Source: Zygnema circumcarinatum SAG 698-1b
Lineage: Eukaryota > Plantae > Zygnematophyceae
Direction of reading: 5' to 3'
Length of the DNA stretch: 64,000 nt
Assembly (NCBI GenBank): GCA_037447605.1
Contig: CM074811.1
Location: 2,666,001 to 2,730,000 of the forward strand
Shown: positions 1 to 12,660 of the stretch, one piece after another
How positions within the stretch are numbered: the stretch's first letter is position 1
Layout: each line of letters begins with the position of its first letter
Translations under genes and position numbers: made by a program
Notes under the pieces: model-generated
The model's input: only the letters and a program-made list of their open reading frames with translations
What the model was told of the DNA's origin: nothing
Databases searched by the model: none

Positions 1-273
1 CACTTTTCCACAGAGTTCGCATTTTCAGCAGAAAGCTGCTTAAAAAAAAATCGTAATCTGACTAGTGTGGTGTTCGAACATCCATGGCCAGCTCTCTACG
101 CAGCTTTCGATCTCCCTATCCAAGTAGCTCCTCTAACCTTTCTTCCCCTCTCCTTTCTCTCTCGCTCTCACCCTCTCTCTCTCTCTTCTCCTCTTTCCCT
201 CTTTCCCCCCCAACCACACATTTACTCAGACATTTCACTGTACTGCTTCTCGTTGGGGTTGGAGACACCTGCA

Positions 274-930
274 GAGAATAGTGCATGCTGTGGAAGTTGT
301 TGGTCGTCTCATGGAAGAGCTTGGGAGTGTGGCCGGAGCGCGGCGTGATGCAGCAGACCGGCTCGCAGATGACTTCATGAAGTCCATGCGGGTGCAGCCC
401 TGGGGCTGGGAAATGTTGGAAGCTGAATCTACGCAGTGCAAACAACCTGCACTTTATTTGAATGGAGGATTGGTGTATGGGATTGACGGGTTCTGTAATA
501 GGGAATGAGTAACGTCTATGTTGATGCACTTGACTCAAATGAGTGCGGGTAAGGTTTAACTGGCGATTGAACTGCCAAACGAAAGCCCACTATAATAGCA
601 CCTCTATCGGAAATTAGTGGAGCCCTCTTAAGTGATTCGGCATCGTTTTGACACAGTGGATGACAGGGGGCTCAAATCATTGTTCCTGACCGAAATGTGA
701 TTATATGGGGCTGGGGTAGTACAGGAGGTACAAGTCATCCTGCGTGAGGAGATTCGAAGCATGTGTGACTACCGACCATACGAACATTCTGACTATGCCC
801 CTCGCCTGGGCACCGAGGTGAGTGCGCAAATGGTGAGCTGCTCTCTCGGGAGACTGGAGGCCATGCAGGAACTCATTGAAAGGTACAAGGGACTCAGCCA
901 GATGGTGCAGGAGGATCCCCTCTTGACTTG
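274..930 (+). CDS. Probable last exon(s) of an unidentified gene entering from the left edge
   Basis: A CAG acceptor near 273 is followed by an open helical-looking frame (HAVEVVGRLMEELGSVAGARRDAADRLADDFMK). A second CAG near 725 is followed by EVQVILREEIRSMCDYRPY...MQELIERYKGLSQMVQEDPLLT* (TGA ~928-930). No family recognised and the joining donor is not resolved. Confidence 0.3.
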
Positions 931-1879
931 AGGAGATTCCTGTTTTGCCACCCCTCTCGTCTTTGTACCACTCTGTGAAGGGCTCTTGAGGGTCCTTGGT
1001 ATATGAGAGGTTACGCGCATAAGACAGCACATCTATTGCGTGACAACATTATATTTTTTAACTCCTCGAAGCTGTTGGAAGTTTGGAACTCCGTGCGCTG
1101 CAAACAAAAGTTTTTCCTGCCCTGTTTGGAATTTAAGGGTTTTTCTGAGCAGAGCACCAGCCCAATTTCAATCTGGCTATCGAAAATAAAATGATGACCG
1201 ATTGCAGTTGTTAGCGCGGAAGGCGAGCAGTGATGGTGTGAAGGGGACTGGAGTCAAGTTGATGCGAAAATGGTTGAAATGGGGTCAACGGTCTAAAAGC
1301 AACGAAATTCGCACGCGGCAATTCAACAGTCACGATCTTGTGATTTGTTCACATGGCATATATCCAACAATCAGCAGTCTGACAGTTGAGTTTGACGACA
1401 CACCACGAAAACTGTGAGACTCTGAAGGGGATGCCTTAGGAGACACCTGACAAGTAACAGCAAAGTTCTCCTAGAGAGCTGGAACTGGTTCAATGGCAGA
1501 TTGCTGCAAAATGCCCTTATTCAGAAGCAAGTCTTTAGATTTCGATCTTTAGGACGTCTAAGACAACAACTTTCTTTCCCTCCTGTACAATTGAACGAGC
1601 CCTTCAAAAGACAGATACTGCGGCATGCAAGCAATACGAACTAGGGTCTGTATGGTTCCGATCAGTCGTGCTTCGATAGGCTGCAACTGCCATCCCTCCC
1701 CTCCTCCTACCACTACCATTCCTGTAGTTGTTCCAGGACTATACAAGAGAAAGTTGTGGCATTGACATCACAACGGCGATACCATCAAACCTACATGGTT
1801 ATACCAACTGTTTGACTTACCACATTGCGGCTTACCTCTTTCAGAGGCCGGCGAACACGAAGCTCTGTGATGGGTGCTC

Positions 1880-4800
1880 TCAGCAAAAGTACATCCCCTG
1901 CGAACAAGTTTGGAGCGCCGAGGGCAGAAGAGGCACGGGAGCAGGCCCGCCCCTTGAAGAGGCCTCCCGCCCCGCTTGGCTGCCGCTTGCAGACCCCGTC
2001 TCGGAGCCGCCCCCCACACTGTCGGAAGCGCCAAGATAGAAGCGGCCTCGAACAGCCGCCAAATGCGCATAGTAGACGGGGGGCACAACAGACACAGACC
2101 GCGTACATCGTGCGTATGTGTATGACATGGAGTTCGCGAGCAGCTGAATCTGGTCTGCGCTGAAGTGGTTCTCGTCATGCAGCACGTGGTAGTGAGTGGG
2201 TCGAGACGTGCCCTGCCACACCAATGGAAGGTGACAAGTGTGTTAGGTCTCGGCAACAGGCTGCACGCGGATGGAATGTGCAGCAAATATAGAAAGTTCT
2301 TGCTCATGGACGCCATGGACTGTGAATCTGTTCCAGTCACAGAACCCTAAAAAATGCCATGAGAGACTTGTGAGTGAGTGAGTCCGCGGCTTTGTCTCCA
2401 GACGTCTCTAGACTGTCAGCAACCTTTACTGCTTTCGTGCTCATCTCACCGATTTGAAGTCTAAAGGGCCTCATGCATGTACCAAAATATGTGCACTCCC
2501 GAGCTTCCGTACAGGGCAATGCCCATCTATCCGTACTTGATGAATTCCAACGCGACATAAAGAGAAAGTGACACATACATGTATAGAAAAGAACTGACAA
2601 ATATAATGAACACCAATCCAACTTCTTTCAGCAAAAGTAGACCGCACGGTTTTCCAAATAGTTCACCGGGAACGATTAGTTTATCACATCACCCCTCAGA
2701 TAGCATCAACCCAAAGTAAGATCATCCCTCACCTGGATACCAGCGTGACTGAAAAGGTAGAAATCAAACTCCCGGGGATGGCAGATGGCCGTATCCACAA
2801 CAGTGCCGGGCATGCAATTTCCTGATTTGTCCCCGTCTCTTTGGTCTTTGCAGAAGATACGAGTGTGGTGCCTCTTTTGAACGACCACAACCGTGAACTT
2901 TGGGTTATAGTGGGCTTCCAAAGTCCTGCAGGCTGCCTTCATTGCTTCAAGCTCTGCACGTAAGACCTGAAAGGCCAATAAACAGAAGTTAACTGCACTG
3001 ACCTCACAGGCACAAAAGGCAATGGAAATCCTAGTTACAAAACAGGCAGCAGAGCACGACGATACACTTCTTCCCTTAGCTCTTGAAATCTAAAAAGAAG
3101 TGGGAAAGTTAAACAAAAGTGGCAGCCTCCACTTGGGAAAGTTGAGCGGTGGGCTGCTGGTCCATAAGAACTCTTTCACTTCTAACAATAATGCAAAAAA
3201 TTGCACTAATAAGTAGAATTCTCAGGCGATGACTATTCATTATCCAAATGTAAGCTATAAAGTCTATCCTCCGACCCTTCAAACAAAGTAGAATAGTCAC
3301 CAACAAACATCAGAAGAGGAGACCTTCTAATCGTCAAAACTTAAATCTCACCTACGTTTAGTCACGCTACTGTTCAGAAAGGTGTAACGTGAAAGGGAGA
3401 CATGCACCGACGGAATGCAAGCGTTTCGGGTAACAACATAGAACTTCTATTTCCAGTTTGAGGCCCCTACTTGCGAGAAAAGAAAAGGAAAGCCGGCCAG
3501 GACAAAGTTCGTGCACAGACTCAACTCAACGCGCTGAGCTTCCTCTTCTTCTACAAAGCATGAGTGCAACATTCGGTTGAAAAGGGTGACCCAACTCATT
3601 CAAGGGGCAGATCTGTCCAGTTGGCAGTACCTGGTAAAACTGGCCTTCGCTCACACCATCGCGGAAGTAAATGATCCTTTCAGGCTTGCGTTTGTTTATC
3701 TTGTAAAAATTCACCAGCAATTTCGCCAATATGCCTTCCCCGGCAGGATCATGAAGACCCTGAATTATCTCTTGCCGGTGAGCCTGTGCTTTCACTACAG
3801 TACGGTATTGGTGATTGAAGGGTATATCCTGTGGAACATGAACAAAACCAATATAAAAATGGTACAAAATAAGCCAATGTTCTGAATGGGCATTATTTCC
3901 ATAGAAAATGTTTAGAGCTGCCAATCACGGAACTAACGAATAAGAAAAATACAAAGCGAATCAGGTTAGATCGTTCAGTGAACATAATGCATCAAGTGAA
4001 AAGATAGTTCGCGAAAAAATTGCAAGCCGCATATGACGCAGCTTCACTCCAAGCGGAGCTACAGCAATGTCTTTAGGGTTTTTAGGGTTTTAAACTTTTT
4101 CTGCCTTATAAATGAAAGTCAAGTTGAACTACGCAAGTGCCCTGAAAAAGGCAATCGACAAAAATTCTTGGGGCATTTTCATCCCAAAACAAGATGATGA
4201 TGTGTGCTTTGAAGGAGTCAAGAAAAAAACAAATTGCGCTACAAACAACAAGTACCAAAAAGCTAAAACGAATCTTTGGGGTCTATGGGCAACCAAAGTA
4301 ATCAAAATTATCTCTTTCTGCTTTCAAAAAGGATGAAGTTTATGACCAAGTATCGGGATCACACGGTTCAAATGGAGTCAAGACCAAGATGGTTGTTCCG
4401 CTTTACATGAAGTGATTATTTTCTGGAAGCTTACCAAGTTGCCCACCACTGCTGCAACGGAAGGTGACCAGTCATTGCCGGGTGCCGGATGCGTGACGTC
4501 AGCTCCAAGAAGCAGGGTCGGTATCTCTTTCGAAAGGAATGGCAGCTGACCCCGCAACAATTCTTGATCCGCAATTTCAACATTTGATCCACCGACCTTC
4601 ACATTTATCTTCAAAGCGAGGTTGGCGAAATATTGATCCTTGGCCCTGCCACACAAAGAATTGGCCTATCCTCAGCACCTGCTAATGGGGAAGGACAAGC
4701 AATGAGGAAGTCTGCTCCTCAATCATTCGGAGATTCGAAATAGTAATTTTTGAGGAAGAATGAGAGACAGTACTCTACAATATGAAATGCAGTGAGGGCT

Positions 4801-7800
4801 GGGCTCACTTTGGAGCGTTTGCTTTACATCGGGTAAGGTCTGTGATCATTAATAAGCTACTTTCATGTTCCGAAGAATGCCCACATCCCGATCTTACTCT
4901 GACAAAGGATAGTGGAAGTGCAAAAAGTGGTAAGAAGCATGACAACGGCAGAGTAAGTGGAGCACTTAGTGCAAAGCACAGTTCAGAATAACTTACGGGA
5001 GGACATGTTTCTCAAGGCAGCCCTGTGTTGGTAAATCTAGCTGGGTATCACAAAGAGTCTTGATGTCTTCGTATTGAGGAACCCTTGTAGGAAAGACCAC
5101 AATTAACAACTTGAGGACTTGGTTCTGACTTTTGGCGCGGTCGACGATGCGTTTCAAATCATCTCCATACCTCCCCAAATCACTCCACAAGGGGGGGACT
5201 GCAGGGCTATCAGGCATCTGAAAAAAGCACATGTAACGCCCCCAAACAAGGCCGAGTTGAGTTCCAAGCGAAGGTGACTATGGACTGTTTCAAGAGCAGG
5301 TTCAATGCCATTTGGCGAAACCTGAATTCTTCAACAAGAGACGGTGGTCGAGGGTCTGTTCAGGGCTTTCTATGCCCCTATATATGAGCCTTGCTAGGTC
5401 AAGACTCCCATCTCACAGACAGAATAATACGCTTTTAATCAAAAGCATTTCCATTGTGCTGCACTTGTGACTCTAAATTCACCAAGATATCAGCACAAGG
5501 AAGGAGCCAAGGCGTAGGGGAGCCAATAGCCGTGGATTAGTATGAGGTTTCGCAGAAAAGAGCGGCCAGAAACAATGCTATAAAAAAAAAAAAAAAGCAG
5601 TGCTATAACAATGATCCACAAAGAGTGAGTTGAAGACAATCGCAAATATTCAGCTCGATACCTCCCTCGCAATGCGAATAAACCACCAACACCTGTTCTG
5701 TTTCGGAGCTATTATTTTATGAATTCAAATCGTGTTTATTAAGAAAACTACGCCTTGGCCGAATTGAAGTTACTGTTAATGTTTAAATCCAAAACACTTA
5801 GAAATGAAAACACGCTTAGCTGAATATAAATAAAAAGAAGTCAGGAACCATGTGCATAGCTATCGAAAATCCTCTCAAATTGGCCAACATAATGTGCTTA
5901 GTGTAAATGCTGACAAATCACATAAGATCAATGAACATATCCCTCCCACAAACACCTTCCAGCTACATCACGGTGGTGCTTGACTGTTTAGTCATAAAGA
6001 TTCTCGAAGGCATCACATGAAAGCATTACTTGGACCTAGTTGCTAACATATAACCAGGAGGCGCGGAATTAAAGGTCAGGATTTACCATGATCCCAAGTT
6101 GGTTGCATTTGTTCACCAGCCCCATTCCAAAACGCCTTAAGGTCTCGAAGTTGACCCGATTTTGAGGTGAAAAACATACGATTGCCCAATTTTCCACTCT
6201 GCCTCCCGAAACCAACTTTTCCCCCTTCAAGAGATTCCACGCCCCTCTTTGCGGCGAAACCTGACCACATAGCCATCACATCAAACCATTCAAAGGACAC
6301 TATGAACTTTTAGTTTAGACCTCTTTGAGGTCAAAAGGAAGTAATAAATAAGACAGAGATAACGAGACACAGAGTCAAACAATTCTAGGGAGTTGAAGGG
6401 GCATACTGAATTTTAAGCTTATGATAGCAAACACTGAGTTTGTTCTTGGTGTTACCTAACATTGCTTAACGATCTCCTTCGTGCTTTTGTGAACCGATTA
6501 TAAAATTTCCATTGCACCACACTAGAATTTAAAACAAGCTGGTCTCCAAACTTGCTGAAGCATAGCCAGACACACTCGATATAGTTTAACACAAACTACA
6601 GTTGCGGAAGACCTTAACTAGTAAATTTTACGAACCTACGAATAGATGCGTTCATCCAATTCACTTTGTCCGACAATTCTTGGTTTGTTCTCTAACAGGC
6701 AGCACTTCCTTACTGTTTTCTTGTTCCCATATTGCAGCATTGGCGGATCCAACACCCGCCCTTCGAAAGGCACTGGTTGGGCCTCAATATGCATTCCAAA
6801 CTCCATTGCGTAAGGATCGCTGCAAGGAGACAGAACTTTTAAGCCCTCTTCAAAAGCTCAGATGAGCATAAGGGAGCTGTATTCGCATGCATCTTTGGGG
6901 AGTTAAGAAGCCGCTATTCGTCATGGAGAGAGAGACACACAGGCTGAACGGAGGCTTGACACATTGCATTGCCAAAATGAACACTTTTAAAGGCAAAGGC
7001 TTCCAAACATCCACAACAGGTATTTCTGCAGCAAGGTCATCATAATGAACACATCAGATAATGATGCTTATCAAGAAAGTGGACTCGTAAAGGACTATCT
7101 TTTCACCTTTGATAATGGTTCTTGTTCATCAGGTCTTGTATGTCTTGCAATCGTTGTCCTGGGCGCGTGCATGCTTGTTTGAGCATGGCTGAGACCTGAT
7201 TCTCGTTTAATTTTGCCGGGTACTTTTGTCCCATCACGATCTCGCAACATTCGATTGGGAGGTAATTCTTCTTGCCGCCCACCGCCACACAAGGCATGTT
7301 CACCAACTTAATATCGTAGTTGTATGTATCGCGGAAGTAGTCGATGATACTTATTTCAGGCCCCTCATTCAAACTAAAACGTATGTCTCGAGTCCTCTCC
7401 CGTGAAAGCCCCGTGATTTTGTATCTGCACATTTTCACCATACGAGTGACTGAGAATATCTGCAGGGCGACTTTAAGAAGCAAATTCTAAACCGTCAAAC
7501 GTTCCACGTTTCAAAGAGACATGGCTTCCCAGCGTCAACTTTTCTTACCCTATATATTACTTCCCGTTTTTTAAGAACAACGGTCAGGACGTTAGAAGCT
7601 GCCTAATCCAAGTGGATAGGATGCCGATATGGCTTCATGAGGCTTCTCAACAAAACCACAAACTTACTTCCTTGGAGTTTGTCGATGGTTGACTTTCACT
7701 TGCAATCGCATCACAACTTTCTTCACCTTAACACACTCCGCGTCGCTCAAAAATGCTCGAGAATCCAACCTTTTGCCCAAGTGTTCCGCAATGAAGTCAG

Positions 7801-10800
7801 CCAAATTCCCTTCCCCATAAAAGGCTTTAGAGGAAACATCCACCACAAGTGATGGTCCTCTCTGAGTTGCTCTGAGCGACTGGTAGAAACCTTTCAAGAC
7901 TACTACACCCCCTCCCAGAGGAGTCCTGATGGACCTCTCACTGAAGAATGAAGGACCCACAGGTATCAACTCCTTGGTAGGACGTTCCCGTAGAGCGACG
8001 TCCAAGGCCTGCACAGTCACAAGGCGAACCATGTGCTTGACACCAATCCCACAGAAAACGAATCTGGTAACCAACACAATGAGCTTCATGAATACAACAC
8101 ATACGAATGCCACATGAGAGTCTAGCACTCCCCTTGATCTGTCGTTATTCCTGATCTCTTCACTAAAAAAAAAAAAATAAGTTATGTAACAATTCTGCGG
8201 ATTCTGGATCAGATTATCTTGGAGAGAGTTAGTTTAAAGAAGAAAAGTGATGTAAGTATCTATTGAATTTGCTTGGCAGCACTAAGCCACAAGTCGTAGT
8301 TCTTTTTCATTCGCATACAGATGGATCTGCTTCCAATAGTGCATCAAACCTTCTCCTCTGCACCCTGTACTTTCTACTTCATATCTCTTTCACAGCCAGC
8401 CTTCACTTAAAACTTGGCCTGGCTTGGTAGGGAAATCTGGCTCAGACTTAGGCTTGGAACCCTCTCCAACTTGTCCTTCCCTCGCTCGCATCCTCTCACA
8501 CTCAAATTTCCAGCTCCCACAACTTCCCTTTGCGACATCCCTCCATCCTCACCCTCACTCCGACAAGATACATTACAGAAATGAACAGGAGTTTGAGAGA
8601 TCTACAACTGAAGGAATAACACTCCGAATTCAACTTCATTGGCTAACCTTGAAAGCTCAGTGCGAAAAAAAAGACAACTTGGACCTGCTTTTTTCACTAG
8701 ATGGATTAAGTAAAGCAGGCCTAATTGCTGGCTGGCTGTACCCGCCAAAACATCTGAACATGGTCCAAACTATCTAAGTTGCATTTCCTACACAGTCTTC
8801 GATAAATATTGCCCCGTCAAATTGATACAACATCAATAAGTCATATTCTTGTGAGGTGACTCATGAAAAAACGAGAATACTCTAATACTCTGTGCTCATG
8901 GCTGCACTAATCAGGGGCAGACTCGAAACGAAAGCGTGCAGGGTTTGTGATCCTACAAGTCTTGAATTTCAGAAGCGAAATGAGAAAAATATATACTTCA
9001 AGTCTTTACTCACTGACTTCGCGCATTATAAATGTTGCAGCCATCTGACCTGAATAATCTCTTGGGGCATGTGTTGTTGTCGACCAGTCAAGTAACGGGC
9101 AAGTGCATCCATAGAGTACATTGCAGCTTGCCGTATCTTCACTTGGAATCGTCTCTCTCGTGATCTTCCCTCCGGGGGTCCTTGCAACGGAGCGCCGGCT
9201 GGGTTTGCTTCATCAGCCAAAATTACTGTGAAATCTCTTTCACCATGCACGCCCAGCAATCGGTTGACACAGAAAAGGCTCTTGCCGCCATCATACACAG
9301 GTTTGCCTCCGAGCTCTGCCTGATTTTTCGTCACTAAGTCCCTTAAGATCGCACGAGAAACTCCCTTCGAAGTAATCGATGGAGAAATAGCAACATCATA
9401 GTGGTAAATTGTCCTTACACTCATATCCTGCAGTGACATCAGAAATCGTCAGTTATCCCTCGTCCAAGTCTGTAAACAAATAAGAAAAAAATCGCTTCCT
9501 CTGCCGGAGGTTTATAAACATGTCTGCCAAGGAAAAACCTTTCCAAACCACGTGTCACCCAACTACGATTTTTGTGAGAGCAACATATACGTTGCTGGCA
9601 ATCCTTGAAAAAAAAAAAAACTTTGTCTTATCGTGAAATGATTATCACCGCTCCCAATCAGTCACCACCATCATTTCAGGCTCACCCATGACTAAGTTAG
9701 CAAGTATCCTGTAGCCATATTCAGACGCATTGACACAAAGAGCGGCAGAAAGCCTACAATTGCAAAGAACAGTCAGGGTCAGTGGGCAAGGAAGCAAAGT
9801 ACACTGACAGAAGCACTAATATACAATCCGTGAAAGGCATATTCCTTCTGAAAGACGAGAGAGAACAAGAGGTTACTACTCACTGGAATGGTCACATTCA
9901 AGTGGTTTGCAACTAAAACGACTCGCTTCCCCTTTTTACCCTCCCCTGGCCGTAGAGTTGAACTCCCAGAAGCAAACGATATCTCTGACGATGAAAGGGA
10001 AATGATGGGACTGCTGCTTGTCCCTCCGGAGGAGCTACCACCTGAGCTGCTCCCAGCAATAACAGATTGCCCAGAGGCAGCTATAGCCCGAACTGGTACA
10101 GAACTTGGAAGGGGGGCCGCCACTCGAGAGGGGCCAGACATGCCAGGAGGCTGATACGGCTCTACCCTGCCCCTAGGAGAGGGATAGGCAGGAGAGATTC
10201 CAGAAGATGGAACCGACTGGGCTGGTCGAGGTGAAGTTCCACCAAAGGAGGGCGGCCGCTGGAAAGTTCCACTTTGCGAAGGCGGTTGGGGGAAAGGACC
10301 TGCAAAAGCAAGCAGCCATAAGAAAGTGCATCAGACAATCGAGGTCCTGACTCACAAGAGACCCTATGTTACTATTGGAAGACGACGCGCACATGCTTTT
10401 GAATCCATGCTTCACGAGAGGGGCGAGGACGATGTAGAATAAAACGAAACCGACTTGAAAACAAAACTATGACAAGAGGGTCAGAGTTTATGGACCATTT
10501 TCAAATTTCGTCGTGCTTCAGGTTTGAGAAGTAAAATGACATGCATTACGACGAAAGATGGCGGCAGATTTTGTAAGTACTAGTCAAGGGCCAGGCACTT
10601 CTGCTGAAACCACAATGGTCAAAGCCATAGACACAGTAAACAGGGAATAGCTGAAAACTCGGAACAAGAAAAAAATCACGCCAGAAAACAATTGAGGTCG
10701 CCTCACCTTCACGCTGTCCGGGACCTCCCCGACCGAAACTCTCATTACTCCCATCAGGTGATTGACTGCCTCATGTACAGCGCCAAATAACAAACATGTT

Positions 10801-11200
10801 AGCTGTCCAAATAGTCAGAAACGGCGTGCTTTTCTAAATGAAGTCAGCATCCCAATGGTTTACAGTCTAAGTCTACTGGCGGAAATCAGGCTCCTACATG
10901 CACTCTCCCTGTAATTGCCAGATAGCTTCCTATTCTGTCATCACGAAGCACAGCACTCCATAACATCGCGAAACCCAGATTCGTGACGAACGCATGCTGA
11001 GAAACTGCAGCTGATTTGAGGCAGCCCTTTTTGCATTAGCTGGACCACCGACTGCCCAATCGACAATGTTTCATCAGCATATTCCAGCTGCCATTGCTGC
11101 ATACCAGCTACTACAGCAGTCAGCCAGAATAAGAAGCACACGCTGCATACCTTCCCCCGCCTGCCGCAGGTCGGCCGCCTCTTGACCTTTTTGGAGCCAT
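1880..11200 (-). CDS. AGO: Argonaute protein (N, L1, PAZ, L2, MID, PIWI), ~1012 aa, predicted slicer
   Basis: Hand-spliced model complement(join(1880..2212,2733..2966,3631..3828,4435..4645,4997..5217,6087..6260,6714..6819,7107..7424,7668..8008,9050..9427,9884..10299,10707..10765,11151..11200)) = 3039 nt, all GT-AG, phases consistent. Motifs: [129 protein letters not shown]-terminal MYFC*. Confidence 0.97.
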
Positions 11201-12660
11201 TTCCCTGTCTATATCTTGCAACTTACGGCCGTCGGCCTACATATGCTTCACAAACGCTGAAGTTCTCGAATGCCTCTCCACCCAGAGAAGAAGCGGCCCG
11301 TGTACCATCAACCCTGACCTCTTTCTCGCTCACTTCAGCAATCACCTTAACTCAGAGTAACCAAGAGGCTGAAAGAAAGGCTTCCGGAATGGCAATATTA
11401 CAAAACGGCGGATGCACAGTCTGCCTCTCCCGAACGGACCACCTTCAAGCTCTGCCAGCCATAGACATTAAGATGCCTCCTGGACCAGCCAGCAGACATC
11501 AAAATCAGTGGCTGCGCAAGTGAAGGTCTGCGGAGTCCGACATCAACACGCCGTTTCAACAGCAAAGCTTACGAAGTGTTCCCTGCCCGAAAGATCGGGC
11601 AGTTTCTATGCATATGATGAGCCAATGGGCCATGCATTTCGCACGTGCCACTTGCACCAAAATGTTTTTGTGCTGCCCGTTTGAAGACTGGAGGGGCTCC
11701 CCTAAACCAAGGTACTGCAAAACTCAATCCTGAGGAGAGAGGAAGGGAGGCATCCGGTCTTCAACTTCCTTGTTCTGCACTCTATTCCTACGAGGTAAGA
11801 CGTCCTGTTACATGGTTAAATTCTTCCGTAGTCAAGCAGCAACCAATCACTTGTTTCTCGTTGCGTAATGTCAGAGTTCATGGCTGACCATTTGGGTTTT
11901 CTATCTTCTTGAGGTGTTATTCTTGCAGGAACTGACTTTCTCGCAGGTGTGTTATTCCAGCAATCGCAGGTAGAGATTAATTCGTTTGCTGTGAGCCGAA
12001 CTTCTGATTTGACGGTCTTAGGCATGAGTGACGACCCTAGTTAAAAAAAGAAGCCATAATTCGCAGGGGTATGTGAAGGGATACATTCGCGGAGGCGTAA
12101 GCGTTTGGAAGCATTTTCATTATTTCAAAAACCATTCACTTGCTTAGTTTTCTCACGTTTCCCATCGGGTAAGCACTGACCAAGTCGTTGTTTTTAGTTC
12201 TATTGGCTGTTCGTTGGTCAGGACGGTATTGCTGTTTAATGGAATTTGCGGTATTGATTATAAGAAACTAAGTGAAACCCATTTGGAACCACGATTTGGG
12301 CCTTGGATGGATGGTGAAGTAAGGAGTTCTGCAATTATTTCGTTTTCATTTCTCGAATTATGGTGACTTTGCTCTTGAATTTCTAGTACTACTGTTTTCT
12401 TACTCTGTTTTTTGGAGGGTATTCCTGGATGCACCCATGCCTGACAGCCCTTACTGACGGACGCAAGATTTTCCTTTCCACTTCTTTTGTCTAAAGCCTC
12501 TTTCCAAAATTGAGGCTTATTCCCAGGAATGACCCGACACTGATTGGTCTTTGCGTGCCACTGTTTGCGGTTGTAGGCAGTCACAGCGAGGCAAACAAAA
12601 AGAGGCGACAAATTCTAAGGGCGATTCTGATTTTGCTGCCCAACTTTACCGGTGGCAAAA

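Noticed and set aside
701-1030. Minus-strand 109-aa ORF
   Set aside because: No motif. The plus-strand frame with a CAG acceptor is a more plausible terminal exon.
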